DNA of 46,266 bases from Spirochaetales bacterium (GTDB lineage Bacteria > Spirochaetota > Spirochaetia > Treponematales > UBA12059): assembly GCA_016928955.1 (NCBI GenBank), contig JAFGJV010000022.1:1-46266 (forward strand). Reading direction: 5' to 3'. The translations under genes were made by a program, and so were the position numbers. The notes under the pieces were generated by a model that was not told where the DNA came from, made no database searches, and was given only the letters and a program-made list of their open reading frames with translations. Numbering within the stretch: position 1 is the first letter of the stretch; each line of letters begins with the position of its first letter. This document shows, in pieces, positions 1 to 9,775 of the stretch.

Positions 1-297
1 ACGGCGGGGAGCCTTGCCGAGCAGTCGCGGCGGCTGATGGACGCCATATCGTTCTTCAAGCTGGGGGCTGCGGAGGCGCCGCGAGGTCGGGCTGAGGCAG
101 GCGAGGGCGGTCGACCCGCCCAGCAGCGGCCGGCCCAAGCGCGGCCCGAGCCGGCGCGGGAAGAGCCGGGCGCCCGAACTGCCGGCGTCGCGCAGGCACC
201 GGCAGCGCCGAAGCCAAGCAGGCCCCAGTCCCTGGCCATAGTTCCCCGGCGTGAGCAGAAGGCCGACGCCCGGGATGACGACTTTGTGGAATTCTGA
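1..297 (+). CDS. Methyl-accepting chemotaxis protein, C-terminal fragment (5' end outside window)
   Basis: Frame open from base 1 (TAGSLAEQSRRLMDAISFFKL, a typical MCP terminal helix), then a Pro/Ala-rich linker and terminal DFVEF resembling the NWETF CheR/CheB tether. Confidence 0.85.
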   Translation, partial: TAGSLAEQSRRLMDAISFFKLGAAEAPRGRAEAGEGGRPAQQRPAQARPEPAREEPGARTAGVAQAPAAPKPSRPQSLAIVPRREQKADARDDDFVEF

Positions 298-354
298 CGC
301 GGAGACCAACGGAGTTTTGGATCGGCGGGCTTGGCCCGGAGGTAGGAGGAACGA

Positions 355-1980
355 ATGAAAATTGGCGCGCGGTTGACCCTGGGCTTGAGCCTGCTGGGCT
401 TGGTGCTGGTGGCCATAACGGCCTACAGCCTGGTTGTCATGGCAGGCCTCAGTACTGATCTTGAGGAAGTGGTAGTTCGCTTCCTTCCGGCCATCGACTT
501 CCTTGAGCAGGCGGATAGGGATTTCTTCCAGCTCATAGAGGCTGAGCGTACGCAGATACTTGTAAGCCAAGCGGGCTGGACCGATACAAAATGGAAGGAC
601 GCCTGGGAAGAAAATCTACAGCAAGCGGACGAACGCATGGCGGGGTACATAGCTTTGGCAGATACCAGCCAGGAGAAGACGGTATACGCCGCTTTTCTGG
701 CCCGCCGCGGCGAGTGGTACGAATTGGCCAAGCGCGTGATGGATGGGGCCATGAGCCAGGATCCCGAGCGGCTGAACCAGGCGCGGGACCTTGCCTTGGG
801 CATGGCCAGCCAGGCATTCAACCTGATGCGTGAGGAGATCAACAAGCTGGAAGAGCTCGTGATGAACGAGGCGGACGCGCTTGAAGCCCAGGTGCTGGAG
901 CAGACGGCCAGCATACGCACCGCGTTCATCATTATTGCGGTGCTTGCCGTCATAGCCACGGTGGCCCTGTCCGTATTCCTGCAGATCAGCATTACGCGGC
1001 CCATCAAGGCAAGCGCCTATGTGGCCAACCATCTGGCGGACGGCGATTTGGACGTCGATATAGACGAACGCTGGCTCAGGTCCAGGGACGAGGCCGGCGA
1101 CTTGAGCCGCGCCATGGACCAAACGGTCAGGCGCTTGTCCGAGGTTGTAGCCAGCGTGAAGGGCGTCAGCGAGCAGGTGGCGGCCGGTTCGGCCGAGCTG
1201 TCCCAGTCGTCCCAGCAGATGTCGCGCGGCGTGGAAGAGGTCACTCGTTCGGCCCAGCAAATGGCCCAGGGCGCAACCGAACAGGCGGCCAGCGCGGAGG
1301 AAGTGTCCGCCAGCATAGAGCAGATGAGCGCCAACGTCCGCCAGAACGCCGAGAGCGCCACGCAGACGGAGCGCACGGCCACCCAGAGCGCCACGTCAGC
1401 CAGGGAGCGCGCAGACGCGGTGCGGAAGACGGTGGAGGCCATGCGGCAGATAGCCGAGCGGATCGCCATCATCGAGGAAATCGCGCGGCAAACCAACATG
1501 CTGTCCCTGAACGCGAGCATAGAGGCCGCAAGGGCCGGCGAGCACGGCAAGGGCTTTGCCGTGGTGGCCAGCGAGGTGGGCAAACTGGCCGAGCGTTCCA
1601 AGGTGGCCGCCGGCGAGATATCGGAGCTGTCGCGGGACACCATGGAGACGGCGGAGGACGCCGCCACCAAGTTGGAGGCCATGGTGCCCAACATCCAGAA
1701 GACGGCTGAACTGGTGCAGGAAATCAGCGTGGCGTCCAGGGAGCAGGACTCTGGCATCCAGCAGATAACCAAGGCCATCGCCCAGCTCGACTCCGTGATC
1801 CAGCACAACGCGTCGCTATCGGAGGAGCTGTCCGCCACGTCGGAGGAAATTTCCGGCCGGGCCACCATGGTGGCCGGAACGGCCGAGGAGTTGGCCTCCC
1901 AGGCGGGTTCGCTCAAGGAGGCGGTGGCATTTTTCAAGCTGAACCAGCGCGAGCGGCTGATAGGGGACGACAGGGCATAG
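355..1980 (+). CDS. Methyl-accepting chemotaxis protein (TM, periplasmic four-helix-bundle-like sensor, TM, HAMP, signalling domain)
   Basis: Two TM segments, HAMP (ITRPI...DEAGDL), hairpin tip [42 protein letters not shown] upstream. Confidence 0.97.
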   Translation: MKIGARLTLGLSLLGLVLVAITAYSLVVMAGLSTDLEEVVVRFLPAIDFLEQADRDFFQLIEAERTQILVSQAGWTDTKWKDAWEENLQQADERMAGYIALADTSQEKTVYAAFLARRGEWYELAKRVMDGAMSQDPERLNQARDLALGMASQAFNLMREEINKLEELVMNEADALEAQVLEQTASIRTAFIIIAVLAVIATVALSVFLQISITRPIKASAYVANHLADGDLDVDIDERWLRSRDEAGDLSRAMDQTVRRLSEVVASVKGVSEQVAAGSAELSQSSQQMSRGVEEVTRSAQQMAQGATEQAASAEEVSASIEQMSANVRQNAESATQTERTATQSATSARERADAVRKTVEAMRQIAERIAIIEEIARQTNMLSLNASIEAARAGEHGKGFAVVASEVGKLAERSKVAAGEISELSRDTMETAEDAATKLEAMVPNIQKTAELVQEISVASREQDSGIQQITKAIAQLDSVIQHNASLSEELSATSEEISGRATMVAGTAEELASQAGSLKEAVAFFKLNQRERLIGDDRA

Positions 1981-2017
1981 CGGCCGGTTCGTCAAGCAAC
2001 CTGTAGAGGAGTTAACC

Positions 2018-2533
2018 ATGCGCCAGTATTTGACCTTTGAGCTTGACGGTAAGGCCTACGGCGTGGGCGTGGAGTTCGTCAACTCGGTACTGGATCCTCA
2101 GGACATCACGCCCCTGCCGCGCGCGGCCACCATAGTGACCGGACTGACCAACGTGCGCGGCAACGTGGTGCCGGTGTTCGATCCCCGGGGCATCCTGGCC
2201 CAGACGCTTGTCGACGAGGACATGGTTCCCCAGGGGCAGGATGTACAGGAAGGCTTGGATGTGGCCGAATCCGAGGACGGCGGCATCATCATTTTCGAGA
2301 TAGAGAACGGGACCCTATTGCCCTTTATCGGGCTGGAGGCCGACCGCATAGGGAAAGTCATCCTCCTTGAGGAAGGACAGCTGGCGGCGGTACCGGACTT
2401 TCTGCCGGACGCGGCCACCCGCTACTTTGAGGGTTTCTGCTTTGTGGGCGGCCGCCGCCACTCGATGCTCCGCCTGTCGGCGCTCGCGTCGCGCGAATCG
2501 CTCTTCCCCCAGGAAGGAGGCCGCCGTGCGTAA
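2018..2533 (+). CDS. cheW: Chemotaxis coupling protein CheW
   Basis: QYLTFELDGKAYGV...ITPLP...GLTNVRGNVVPVFD motifs; lies between an MCP and cheA; GAGGAG RBS. Confidence 0.92.
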   Translation: MRQYLTFELDGKAYGVGVEFVNSVLDPQDITPLPRAATIVTGLTNVRGNVVPVFDPRGILAQTLVDEDMVPQGQDVQEGLDVAESEDGGIIIFEIENGTLLPFIGLEADRIGKVILLEEGQLAAVPDFLPDAATRYFEGFCFVGGRRHSMLRLSALASRESLFPQEGGRRA

Positions 2534-2858
2534 ATTCGTCGTCAAAGCTCCGGCCGAGTGCAGGGTGGACGCCGCGGCGGGACTCAAGACCGAGCTACTG
2601 GCCGCGTTGGACCAAGCCGAGGGCAAGGCGCCGGTTACGCTCGACCTCTCAGGTGTCGAGCGAGCCGATTCGTCTCTTGCGCAACTGGTGCTGGCGTTCA
2701 TGAAAGAAGCCGAGGCGCGCGGCGCGGAAGCCGTGCTGGTCGGCGATACGGGCTTTCGCTCCGTTCCGTCGCTCCTGGGGTGCGACCAAGGTGTTTTTGC
2801 GGGCGCAAAAGCCCCGGCGGCCACGGGCAAGCGCGCGGGCAAGGAGGCGGCCAAATGA
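2526..2858 (+). CDS. STAS-domain protein (chemotaxis-associated anti-sigma-antagonist type)
   Basis: GTG start after AGGAGG overlapping the cheW end; VTLDLSGVERADSSLAQLVLA STAS motif; immediately upstream of cheA. Confidence 0.85.
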   Translation: MRKFVVKAPAECRVDAAAGLKTELLAALDQAEGKAPVTLDLSGVERADSSLAQLVLAFMKEAEARGAEAVLVGDTGFRSVPSLLGCDQGVFAGAKAPAATGKRAGKEAAK

Positions 2859-4918
2859 ACGACAGGCTGGTCGAGACCTTCCTGGACGAGGCCCGCGAGC
2901 TTCTGGACGGGCTTGAGGACCATCTCCTTGACCTGGAGAAGAACCCCGAGGACGCGGATGCCCTGAACGCGGCGTTCCGCGCCCTGCATTCGATCAAAGG
3001 TTCGGCGTCCATGTTCGGCTTTGACGACGCAGGCGCCTTTGCCCACGAGGTGGAGGCGGCGCTGGACCATTTCAGGACGGCGCACCTGCCGGTCACGCCG
3101 GAGCTGTCCGACGCCGTGCTGAGGTCCCGGGATTACCTCCGGGTGCTACTGTCCAACCCCGACGCGGTCGAGGATGACGAGCGTGAAGACCTGCTCGGCA
3201 TACTGGTCTCCCTGTCCGGCAAAAAAGTCGCGCCCGGGGGGGGCGCGGCAGCCGAGCTTCCCGAACGCCGGGATACCACGTACCGCGTTACGTACAAACC
3301 GTCAGCCGACTCGTACCGCAGGGGAGTGCGGCCGGAAACGTTGCTTTCGGAACTGCGCGCCCTGGGCAAATCCAGCGTGCGTTGCAGCCGCGAGGCCGTG
3401 CCCCGCCTGGCGGACCTTGAGCCCGACACCTCCTACCTGGCATGGGACGTGCTCCTGACCACGGACAAGCCGCAGAGCGCCATCAGGGACGTGTTCATTT
3501 TCGAGGAAGGCAGCTCAGACATCCATGTGAGCGCCATGGACGCGGCCGAATTCATGGACGGCGAGGAGGTCAAGCGCCTGGGCGAGATACTAGCCGAGAC
3601 TGTCCTGCCGGCGGCCAGCATTCAGGAAGCGCTGTCCAAACAGCGGCCCATAGGCGAGATCCTGGTGTCCGACCTGAACGCGCCGCCGGACGCCGTGGAA
3701 GACGCCTTGTTCAAACAGCGGCATGCGCGCACCGTGGTCCAGAACAACCGCGACGAGGTGGAACGCAAGACCATACGCATACGTTCGGAAAAGCTTGACG
3801 CCCTCCTTAACCTGGTCGGCGAGCTGGTGACCGTGCAGGCCCAGCTGTCCCAGGCCGTGCGCGATTCCGGCGACCGGCACCTGCACGGGATTACGGACTA
3901 CGTCAAGCGGCTGGCGTCCGAGCTCAGGGCCACCAGCATGGAGCTCCGGCTGATACCGGTGGACACGCTGTTCGGGAAATTCAAGCGCCTGGTGCGCGAC
4001 CTGGGCAAGAACCTGGGCAAGGACATAGAGCTGATGGTCGACGGCGGGGAAACCGAAATGGACAAGTCGGTAATCGACGCGCTGACCGACCCGCTGATGC
4101 ACCTGGTGCGCAATTCCGCGGACCACGGGATAGAAAAACCCGAGGAGCGGGAAAAGCGCGGAAAGCCGAGAACCGGCGTCATCAAGCTGTCGGCGTTGCA
4201 TGTCGGGGCCTTTGTCCGTATCTCCGTGGCCGACGACGGCGGCGGGCTCGACCGAGAGCGCATACTGCGGAAGGCAGTTGAGCGGGGGCTGGTAGCGGCG
4301 GATGCCCGCCCGAGCGACGAGGAGATAGATCAGTTCATCTTTGCGCCCGGCTTCTCCACGGCGGAAAGCGTGTCCAACCTGTCCGGACGAGGCGTGGGGC
4401 TGGACGTGGTCAAGACGGCGATAGACCAGCTGGGCGGCACGCTGAACGTCCATGGAGATACGGGCAAGGGAACCGAATTCACGCTGGACATACCGCTTAC
4501 CCTGGCCATCATAGACGGCTTCCTGGTGCGCTCGGGACGGCGCATGTTTGTCATCCCCCTGGCTTCGGTGGATTCATGCTTCGAGCGGGCGCGGCCGGAA
4601 GACCCCGAGCGCCTCATCACGCGGGGCGACGAATTCATACCGTACGCGTCATCCAGGGTCCTTTTTGGCTCGGACGGCGATGCGCCGGAGCGCGAGGAAA
4701 TCGTCATCGTCAGCGTGTTCGACTCGAAACTGGCCATAGGCTTTGACCAGGTGCTTGGAGGCTACCAAACGGTTATCAAGCCCATAGGCGAGGTGGCTCG
4801 CTACGCCATAGGCGTGTCGGGGGCGGCCATCCTGGCCGACGGCGGCATAGCCCTGATCCTGGACGTTGCGGCCCTGGCCAAGAAACTGAAGGATACATCG
4901 GTAAAATCGCAGAAATAA
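2855..4918 (+). CDS. cheA: Chemotaxis histidine kinase CheA
   Basis: ATG at 2855 after AGGAGG (ATGA overlap); Hpt FRALHSIKG, dimerisation LDALLNLVGELV, HATPase HLVRNSADHG/DDGGG/GFST/SGRGVGLDVV, C-terminal CheW-like domain. Confidence 0.97.
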   Translation: MNDRLVETFLDEARELLDGLEDHLLDLEKNPEDADALNAAFRALHSIKGSASMFGFDDAGAFAHEVEAALDHFRTAHLPVTPELSDAVLRSRDYLRVLLSNPDAVEDDEREDLLGILVSLSGKKVAPGGGAAAELPERRDTTYRVTYKPSADSYRRGVRPETLLSELRALGKSSVRCSREAVPRLADLEPDTSYLAWDVLLTTDKPQSAIRDVFIFEEGSSDIHVSAMDAAEFMDGEEVKRLGEILAETVLPAASIQEALSKQRPIGEILVSDLNAPPDAVEDALFKQRHARTVVQNNRDEVERKTIRIRSEKLDALLNLVGELVTVQAQLSQAVRDSGDRHLHGITDYVKRLASELRATSMELRLIPVDTLFGKFKRLVRDLGKNLGKDIELMVDGGETEMDKSVIDALTDPLMHLVRNSADHGIEKPEEREKRGKPRTGVIKLSALHVGAFVRISVADDGGGLDRERILRKAVERGLVAADARPSDEEIDQFIFAPGFSTAESVSNLSGRGVGLDVVKTAIDQLGGTLNVHGDTGKGTEFTLDIPLTLAIIDGFLVRSGRRMFVIPLASVDSCFERARPEDPERLITRGDEFIPYASSRVLFGSDGDAPEREEIVIVSVFDSKLAIGFDQVLGGYQTVIKPIGEVARYAIGVSGAAILADGGIALILDVAALAKKLKDTSVKSQK

Positions 4919-4963
4919 TTCTATGGACGCGGTCGACTCCGGCGTCCGGTCGCGATACAATAG

Positions 4964-5000
4964 ATCCATGGGCGGCATGTTCCGCCCATGGATTTTTGTT
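4964..5000 (+). terminator. Intrinsic terminator-like hairpin after cheA
   Basis: Perfect 12-bp stem ATCCATGGGCGG/CCGCCCATGGAT, 6-nt loop, followed by TTTTGTT. Confidence 0.65.
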
Positions 5001-5041
5001 GTCCGGGCCGGACCTGAAAAACCGGCCCCGTTGGAGGAAGC

Positions 5042-5680
5042 ATGCTCGACCTTATCGTCAAGGGCGGAGTCATATTGTGGATCATCATGGGCCTGGCCTT
5101 GGTGGCCGCCGCCGTCATCATAGAACGTCTTCTGTATTTCAGGCGCATAGGCACGGACGAGGATAAGCTGTTTGCGCGGGTGAAGGGCGCCGTCCAGAAA
5201 GGCTATTACGACGAAGCCCTTTCCATCTGCGACAACAACGAATCGCCCCTGTCCGGTCTGATCAAGGTCGGCATAGACAACCGCAACCAGCCGGAACTGG
5301 CGCAGAAGGAACTGCTCAAGGAAGCGGCCAACCAGGAAGTCCCGCGACTGGAGAAACACGTATCCACGCTGGGCACCATAGCCCACGTGGCGCCTCTCCT
5401 GGGGCTACTCGGCACCGTGACGGGTACCATGCAGGCGTTCGGCGTGCTGGGCAATTTCGGTTCGGTGGCCGATCCGTCCATCCTGGCCAAGGGCGTGTCC
5501 GAGGCGCTGATAACCACGGCGGGCGGCATCATAGTGGCCGTGCCGGCCGTGATGTTCTACAACTACCTGGTTGGCAAGATCAACTTGATCCTGATCCGGA
5601 TGGAAAGCCAGGTGAACAGCCTGATCCTTATGGTCAATTCGGGCAAGCGCCCGTCCTTTCCCCGGGAGGAAAAGCGATGA
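5042..5680 (+). CDS. exbB: MotA/TolQ/ExbB proton-channel family protein
   Basis: APLLGLLGTVTG and GVSEALITTAGG motifs, three TM segments; followed by exbD. Confidence 0.92.
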   Translation: MLDLIVKGGVILWIIMGLALVAAAVIIERLLYFRRIGTDEDKLFARVKGAVQKGYYDEALSICDNNESPLSGLIKVGIDNRNQPELAQKELLKEAANQEVPRLEKHVSTLGTIAHVAPLLGLLGTVTGTMQAFGVLGNFGSVADPSILAKGVSEALITTAGGIIVAVPAVMFYNYLVGKINLILIRMESQVNSLILMVNSGKRPSFPREEKR

Positions 5681-6093
5681 TCCTGGATCGGCGCCTGAAG
5701 GCCCGCATCAATATAGACCTGACGCCGCTCATAGACGTGGTGTTCCAGCTGGTTATTTTCTTCATGATATCCAGCACCTTCAAGACGACGCCCGGCATCG
5801 AGCTGGATCTCCCCTCTTCCACCAGCGCCGAGGCCGTCAGCGTGGCCGAGCTTGGCGTAATTGCGGTTTCAGAAGACGAGGTGTACGTCAACCAGGTTTT
5901 GACCTCGGCGGCCGGGGCCGAGACCGTGGTGCGCGACCAGCTGGAGGGGCTGGTGCCCGAGGACGTCAAGGCCACGCTTGAGGCGGGGGCTGACGCGCCC
6001 TACCAGCTGGTCGTTTCCCTGCTGGACGCGCTGAGGCGCAACGGCGTCGACGAGGTGGGTTTGTCGACGCTTCCATCCAGGAGCGGCCCGTGA
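5677..6093 (+). CDS. exbD: Biopolymer transporter ExbD/TolR
   Basis: INIDLTPLIDVVFQLVIFFMI motif, then IELDLPS; ATGA overlap with exbB. Confidence 0.92.
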   Translation: MILDRRLKARINIDLTPLIDVVFQLVIFFMISSTFKTTPGIELDLPSSTSAEAVSVAELGVIAVSEDEVYVNQVLTSAAGAETVVRDQLEGLVPEDVKATLEAGADAPYQLVVSLLDALRRNGVDEVGLSTLPSRSGP

Positions 6094-7013
6094 CGGATGC
6101 CCGCGAGCTGTGGCTGAGAGCCCAGGAACGCAAGCGGGCCATCACGTCGCTGGGTTTGGCCTGCGCCGGAGCGGCCCTGCTGTTTGTGGCTGCCCTCGTG
6201 CTTGATCTACTGACCGTGCGCGACTATGGCGACTTCTCCGGGCCGGTAACCGTACGGCTGGGCTCTCCCGAAGCGCCCGACCGGCCGGCCCCCGGACGTA
6301 CCGAACCGGACGCCGCGTTGACCGAACCCGTTACCGCCGAACCTGCCGAGCCACAGCCTCAGGTTTCCCGGCCGGAGCCGGTTCCAGAAGACGGCACAGC
6401 CGCACCCCAGCCAGCGCCAGCCAAGCCCTCCGAGCCGCGGGAGACGGTCCAGGCGCCCACCAAGCCCGCCTTTGCCGTCCAGAAGGGCAGCGAGTCGGGG
6501 AACGCGTACGAGCTGTCGTTTGACGCCGCCGACGGACAGGTCGGGCGGACCTTTGGGCCGCCGATATGGCTGTACATGCCCCTGCCGTACACGGTTCCGG
6601 ACGTGGTGTACCGCGACATTCCCGACTACCAGGGCATAGCCGGAACGGCTGCCCAGCGTAAGGAAGCCTTTGCCACGCTGTATTCCAGGCAAGCCGACGG
6701 CAGCTGGAAGCTGAAAGGCGGTTCCACTCCCGATTATCAGGAGCGTCCGGAGATATGGGCCATGCTTGAGGAAGCCGGCTACGATGTGGCCAACGCGGAC
6801 TACAAAGACGGGAAAAGCCTCCGGCCGGTGGTTATCCTGTTCCGCGTGTCGCCGCTTTCCAGGAGCGGAGAGGTCGTGCTTGAGGATGTTTTCATAGAAA
6901 GCTCGTCCGGATATTCGGACATAGACAAGGCCGTGCGCTACGGCTTTACCCAGGGCCAGTTCCGCAATTCCGGCGCCGTGCCCATCAACGGACGTTTTAC
7001 CTACCGTTTCTAG
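6090..7013 (+). CDS. TonB-like energy transducer
   Basis: N-terminal TM anchor, Pro/Glu-rich linker, C-terminal VFIESSSGYSDIDKAV TonB_C-like motif; GTGA overlap with exbD. Confidence 0.72.
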   Translation: MTDARELWLRAQERKRAITSLGLACAGAALLFVAALVLDLLTVRDYGDFSGPVTVRLGSPEAPDRPAPGRTEPDAALTEPVTAEPAEPQPQVSRPEPVPEDGTAAPQPAPAKPSEPRETVQAPTKPAFAVQKGSESGNAYELSFDAADGQVGRTFGPPIWLYMPLPYTVPDVVYRDIPDYQGIAGTAAQRKEAFATLYSRQADGSWKLKGGSTPDYQERPEIWAMLEEAGYDVANADYKDGKSLRPVVILFRVSPLSRSGEVVLEDVFIESSSGYSDIDKAVRYGFTQGQFRNSGAVPINGRFTYRF

Positions 7014-7025
7014 CTACCCGCCGCA

Positions 7026-7060
7026 ACGGCCCGCCTCGGCGTTCTGCCGAGGCGGGCCGT
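7026..7060. terminator. Hairpin between convergent genes (probably a bidirectional terminator)
   Basis: Perfect 15-bp stem ACGGCCCGCCTCGGC/GCCGAGGCGGGCCGT with a 5-nt loop, between the tonB-like and flotillin stop codons. Confidence 0.75.
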
Positions 7061-7078
7061 ATGTTTCCGTGTACAGGT

Positions 7079-8341
7079 TTATTTTTTGCCCTGGTCAACC
7101 AGGCCGCCGGGCTTGGTCATGCCTTCAAGGGCGGCAGCTATCATGTCGTTGCGGGCCGCCACCACGGCGTCCGGGTGGATGGCCGATATGGGCTCACGGT
7201 CGCCGCCAGCGCCTGTGAGCACGGACACGTGGCCGCTGGGGTAGAGGCTCAGGGTGTCGGCAAAGGGCTCGAACAGACGCTCGAAGTTGTCCAGTACCCA
7301 GGCGCGACGAGCCCCGGTGCCAGCGTCCTTCATGGTGGACAGCGTCACCTCGATCTGCTCAAGCTCGGCCTGGGCCGCCGACTGCCAGCCCGCCACCTCG
7401 GTCTTGGCGCCCAGGACCAGGTTTTCCCTCTGGGCGGCCGCGGGCGTCACGATCTCGGCCTGGAAGCGGCGGCGGAGCATTTCTATGTTCTGCTTCTCGG
7501 CTTCGAGCTCGGCCCTGATGCCAGACGCGCGGGCCCTGGCGTTGGCGCTCTCCTGCTCAACGCCCACCTTGCGGCGCTGGTCTTCCTGGGCAAGGCGGAC
7601 CCTGACGTCAGCCTTGAGCCTGTCCAGTTCGTTTTTGAGGTTTTTGACCTCGGTTTCCGCGCGGCGGGCTTCCGCCTGCTCGGTACTGGCCGAGCGCGCC
7701 TCCGCCTGGGCCTGCCTGGCCTTGGTCTCGGCGTTGGCTGACTGGATGCGCTTGAGCAGGGCCATGTACAGGTCCGGCTCCTCGACGCCGGGCAGGCGGT
7801 GGTCGTCTACGTCCGCTATGTTCATGGTGGTGATTTCAAGGCCGATGTTTTCCAGGTCGTGCTTGCACACGTTGATCATCTTGGCCACCAGGATGTCCTT
7901 GTCCTTCATCACCTGCTCGGGGGTCATGCTGGCTATGGAGTCGCGCAGGTGGCCTTCAATGATGTCCCCGGCTATGCGCGTCAGGTTCTGCCGGTCGGCG
8001 GCTATGTCCATGATGCGGGTCACGGCGTGCGAGCGGCCGGCGTCGTTACCAGCAATAGCAAAGGACACGGTGGCCTTGACGTTGAGCGGCACGATGCCCG
8101 CGGCTATGGCAGAGTCCACCACCACTTCTATGGTGATGGGCGTGAGGTCGAATTTGCTGAATTTCTGCAGGAGCGGGATGATGAACGCCCGCCCGCCGGA
8201 CAGGGTGCGGAAGCCTTTTGCTCCGCCGGCGCCTGAAATGACGCCTAGCTCGTTGCCGCCCACGATCTTCATGTTGGTGAGCAACTGTATCAGGATTGCC
8301 ACGGCCACAAGGCCGCCAAGTACCGCGACGAACGCTATCAT
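7079..8341 (-). CDS. Flotillin-like SPFH (band 7) protein
   Basis: N-terminal TM, GGRAFIIPLLQ, IIEGHLRDSIASMTPEQ, DLENIGLEITTMNIADV, Ala/Glu-rich coiled coil. Confidence 0.9.
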   Translation of the reverse strand: MIAFVAVLGGLVAVAILIQLLTNMKIVGGNELGVISGAGGAKGFRTLSGGRAFIIPLLQKFSKFDLTPITIEVVVDSAIAAGIVPLNVKATVSFAIAGNDAGRSHAVTRIMDIAADRQNLTRIAGDIIEGHLRDSIASMTPEQVMKDKDILVAKMINVCKHDLENIGLEITTMNIADVDDHRLPGVEEPDLYMALLKRIQSANAETKARQAQAEARSASTEQAEARRAETEVKNLKNELDRLKADVRVRLAQEDQRRKVGVEQESANARARASGIRAELEAEKQNIEMLRRRFQAEIVTPAAAQRENLVLGAKTEVAGWQSAAQAELEQIEVTLSTMKDAGTGARRAWVLDNFERLFEPFADTLSLYPSGHVSVLTGAGGDREPISAIHPDAVVAARNDMIAAALEGMTKPGGLVDQGKK

Positions 8342-9666
8342 CGGGTGCCTCCTTTGGCCGACTCGGGCATGGCCAGCGAACGGATATCCACGCCAAACGC
8401 CTCGGTGAACGTCTTGAGGAAGTCGGCAAAGGCCCGGGGACCGCGATTTACGGCGCCGGAGAAGCCTTCCTGGTCGTTCATGATGACCACGTTGTCCACC
8501 ACGCCGGACGCGGCAGCCGCCCGGTACGCCTCGAACAGGGCGGGCAGTTTTTGCTGGAGGAAGAGCACGCTGACGGCATCGTCGCCGAAACGGGCCAGGA
8601 GTCCCGTCTTGGTCTTGAGGATCTCGTTGCGGGCGCTCTGGCGCACGGCAACCGCCTCCCGCTCGCCCTCGGCCACTATGCGGGCCGCTTCCTCGCGGGC
8701 GGCAGCCTCCAGGGTCACGGACGACTGGTTGCGCAGTTTCTGGAGCTCGATGAGTTCCGCCTGAACGGCAGCCTCTCCCGAGTTCCTGGCCTCAGCTATG
8801 GCCTGGTCGGCCTTGAGCCGGGCTTCCTCTACCATGCCGGCGGATTCCCGGCGGTACACTTCCAGTTCCTCCCGAGTGGCGATGATGGCCTCGTCGGCCT
8901 GGCTCTTGGCCACCTCCATGCGCCTGCGCGAGTCGCTTTCCGCCTGGTCGGCTATGGCGCGGAGCCGCGATTCCTCGATCTCGACCTGGCGGCGTTTCTC
9001 CGCGAGGGTTTTCTGGGCCAGGTTGGCTATGTAGTTGGACGTGTCCCAGATTTTCTGGAGCGACACGGATACCACCTTCATGCCGAAGGAACGCAGGTCG
9101 GAGTTGATGTCCTCCAGCAGTTCGGCGCGGAACTGGGCGCGCTCGCCCACGTCGGACTGGCCGTCGTCGTTGCCAACGTCTTCCATGCCTATGGCCTGGA
9201 GCGGCGTGGCCTTGTTCAGTGCGCCCCGGAAGTTCCCTATCAGGGTCTGCTGCACCTGGTCGTGGATCTGGCGCGTGTCCTTGCCCATCAGGCGCTCGAC
9301 CGCGCTGTACAGCATGGCCTCGTCGTCGTCGTCAATGCACACGCAGGCAGTGGCATCGGCGCCCACCGTGATGCCGTTGGCGCTGTTCACGCCCTCAACG
9401 CGGACGTTGATGGGGAACACGCCAAGGTCCAGGGTGCCCACGGCCTGGAAGTAGGGCAGGACCACGGTACGGCCGCGGTCAACCGCGAAGCCGAACACCC
9501 GGCCGTGGCGTTTCGTCTTGCGGCCAGTGACCACCAGGATGCGGTCCGGGGCAGCCACGCGTATGGTCGCCTTGAGCAGGCCGATAAGCACCAGAAAGGC
9601 GACAATGCCGAGTCCGCCGTAGATGATGCCGGCTGTGTTGGAGAAAATCTCCTTCAGGATGTCCAT
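8338..9666 (-). CDS. Flotillin-like SPFH (band 7) protein
   Basis: TM, VAAPDRILVVTG, TLIGNFRG, DLRSFGMKVVSVSLQKIWD, EA-rich coiled coil; AGGAGG RBS; overlaps the start of the second flotillin. Confidence 0.9.
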   Translation of the reverse strand: MDILKEIFSNTAGIIYGGLGIVAFLVLIGLLKATIRVAAPDRILVVTGRKTKRHGRVFGFAVDRGRTVVLPYFQAVGTLDLGVFPINVRVEGVNSANGITVGADATACVCIDDDDEAMLYSAVERLMGKDTRQIHDQVQQTLIGNFRGALNKATPLQAIGMEDVGNDDGQSDVGERAQFRAELLEDINSDLRSFGMKVVSVSLQKIWDTSNYIANLAQKTLAEKRRQVEIEESRLRAIADQAESDSRRRMEVAKSQADEAIIATREELEVYRRESAGMVEEARLKADQAIAEARNSGEAAVQAELIELQKLRNQSSVTLEAAAREEAARIVAEGEREAVAVRQSARNEILKTKTGLLARFGDDAVSVLFLQQKLPALFEAYRAAAASGVVDNVVIMNDQEGFSGAVNRGPRAFADFLKTFTEAFGVDIRSLAMPESAKGGTR

Positions 9667-9775
9667 GCTCTGTAACTCCTCCTTGCTGTACGTTGCGTTA
9701 TCTTGGTTTTTAGTCTATCGCGCCGGCAATGGCCGGCCTAACGAGTGGCTGGCGGACATCGCCGCTGCCGGCCCG

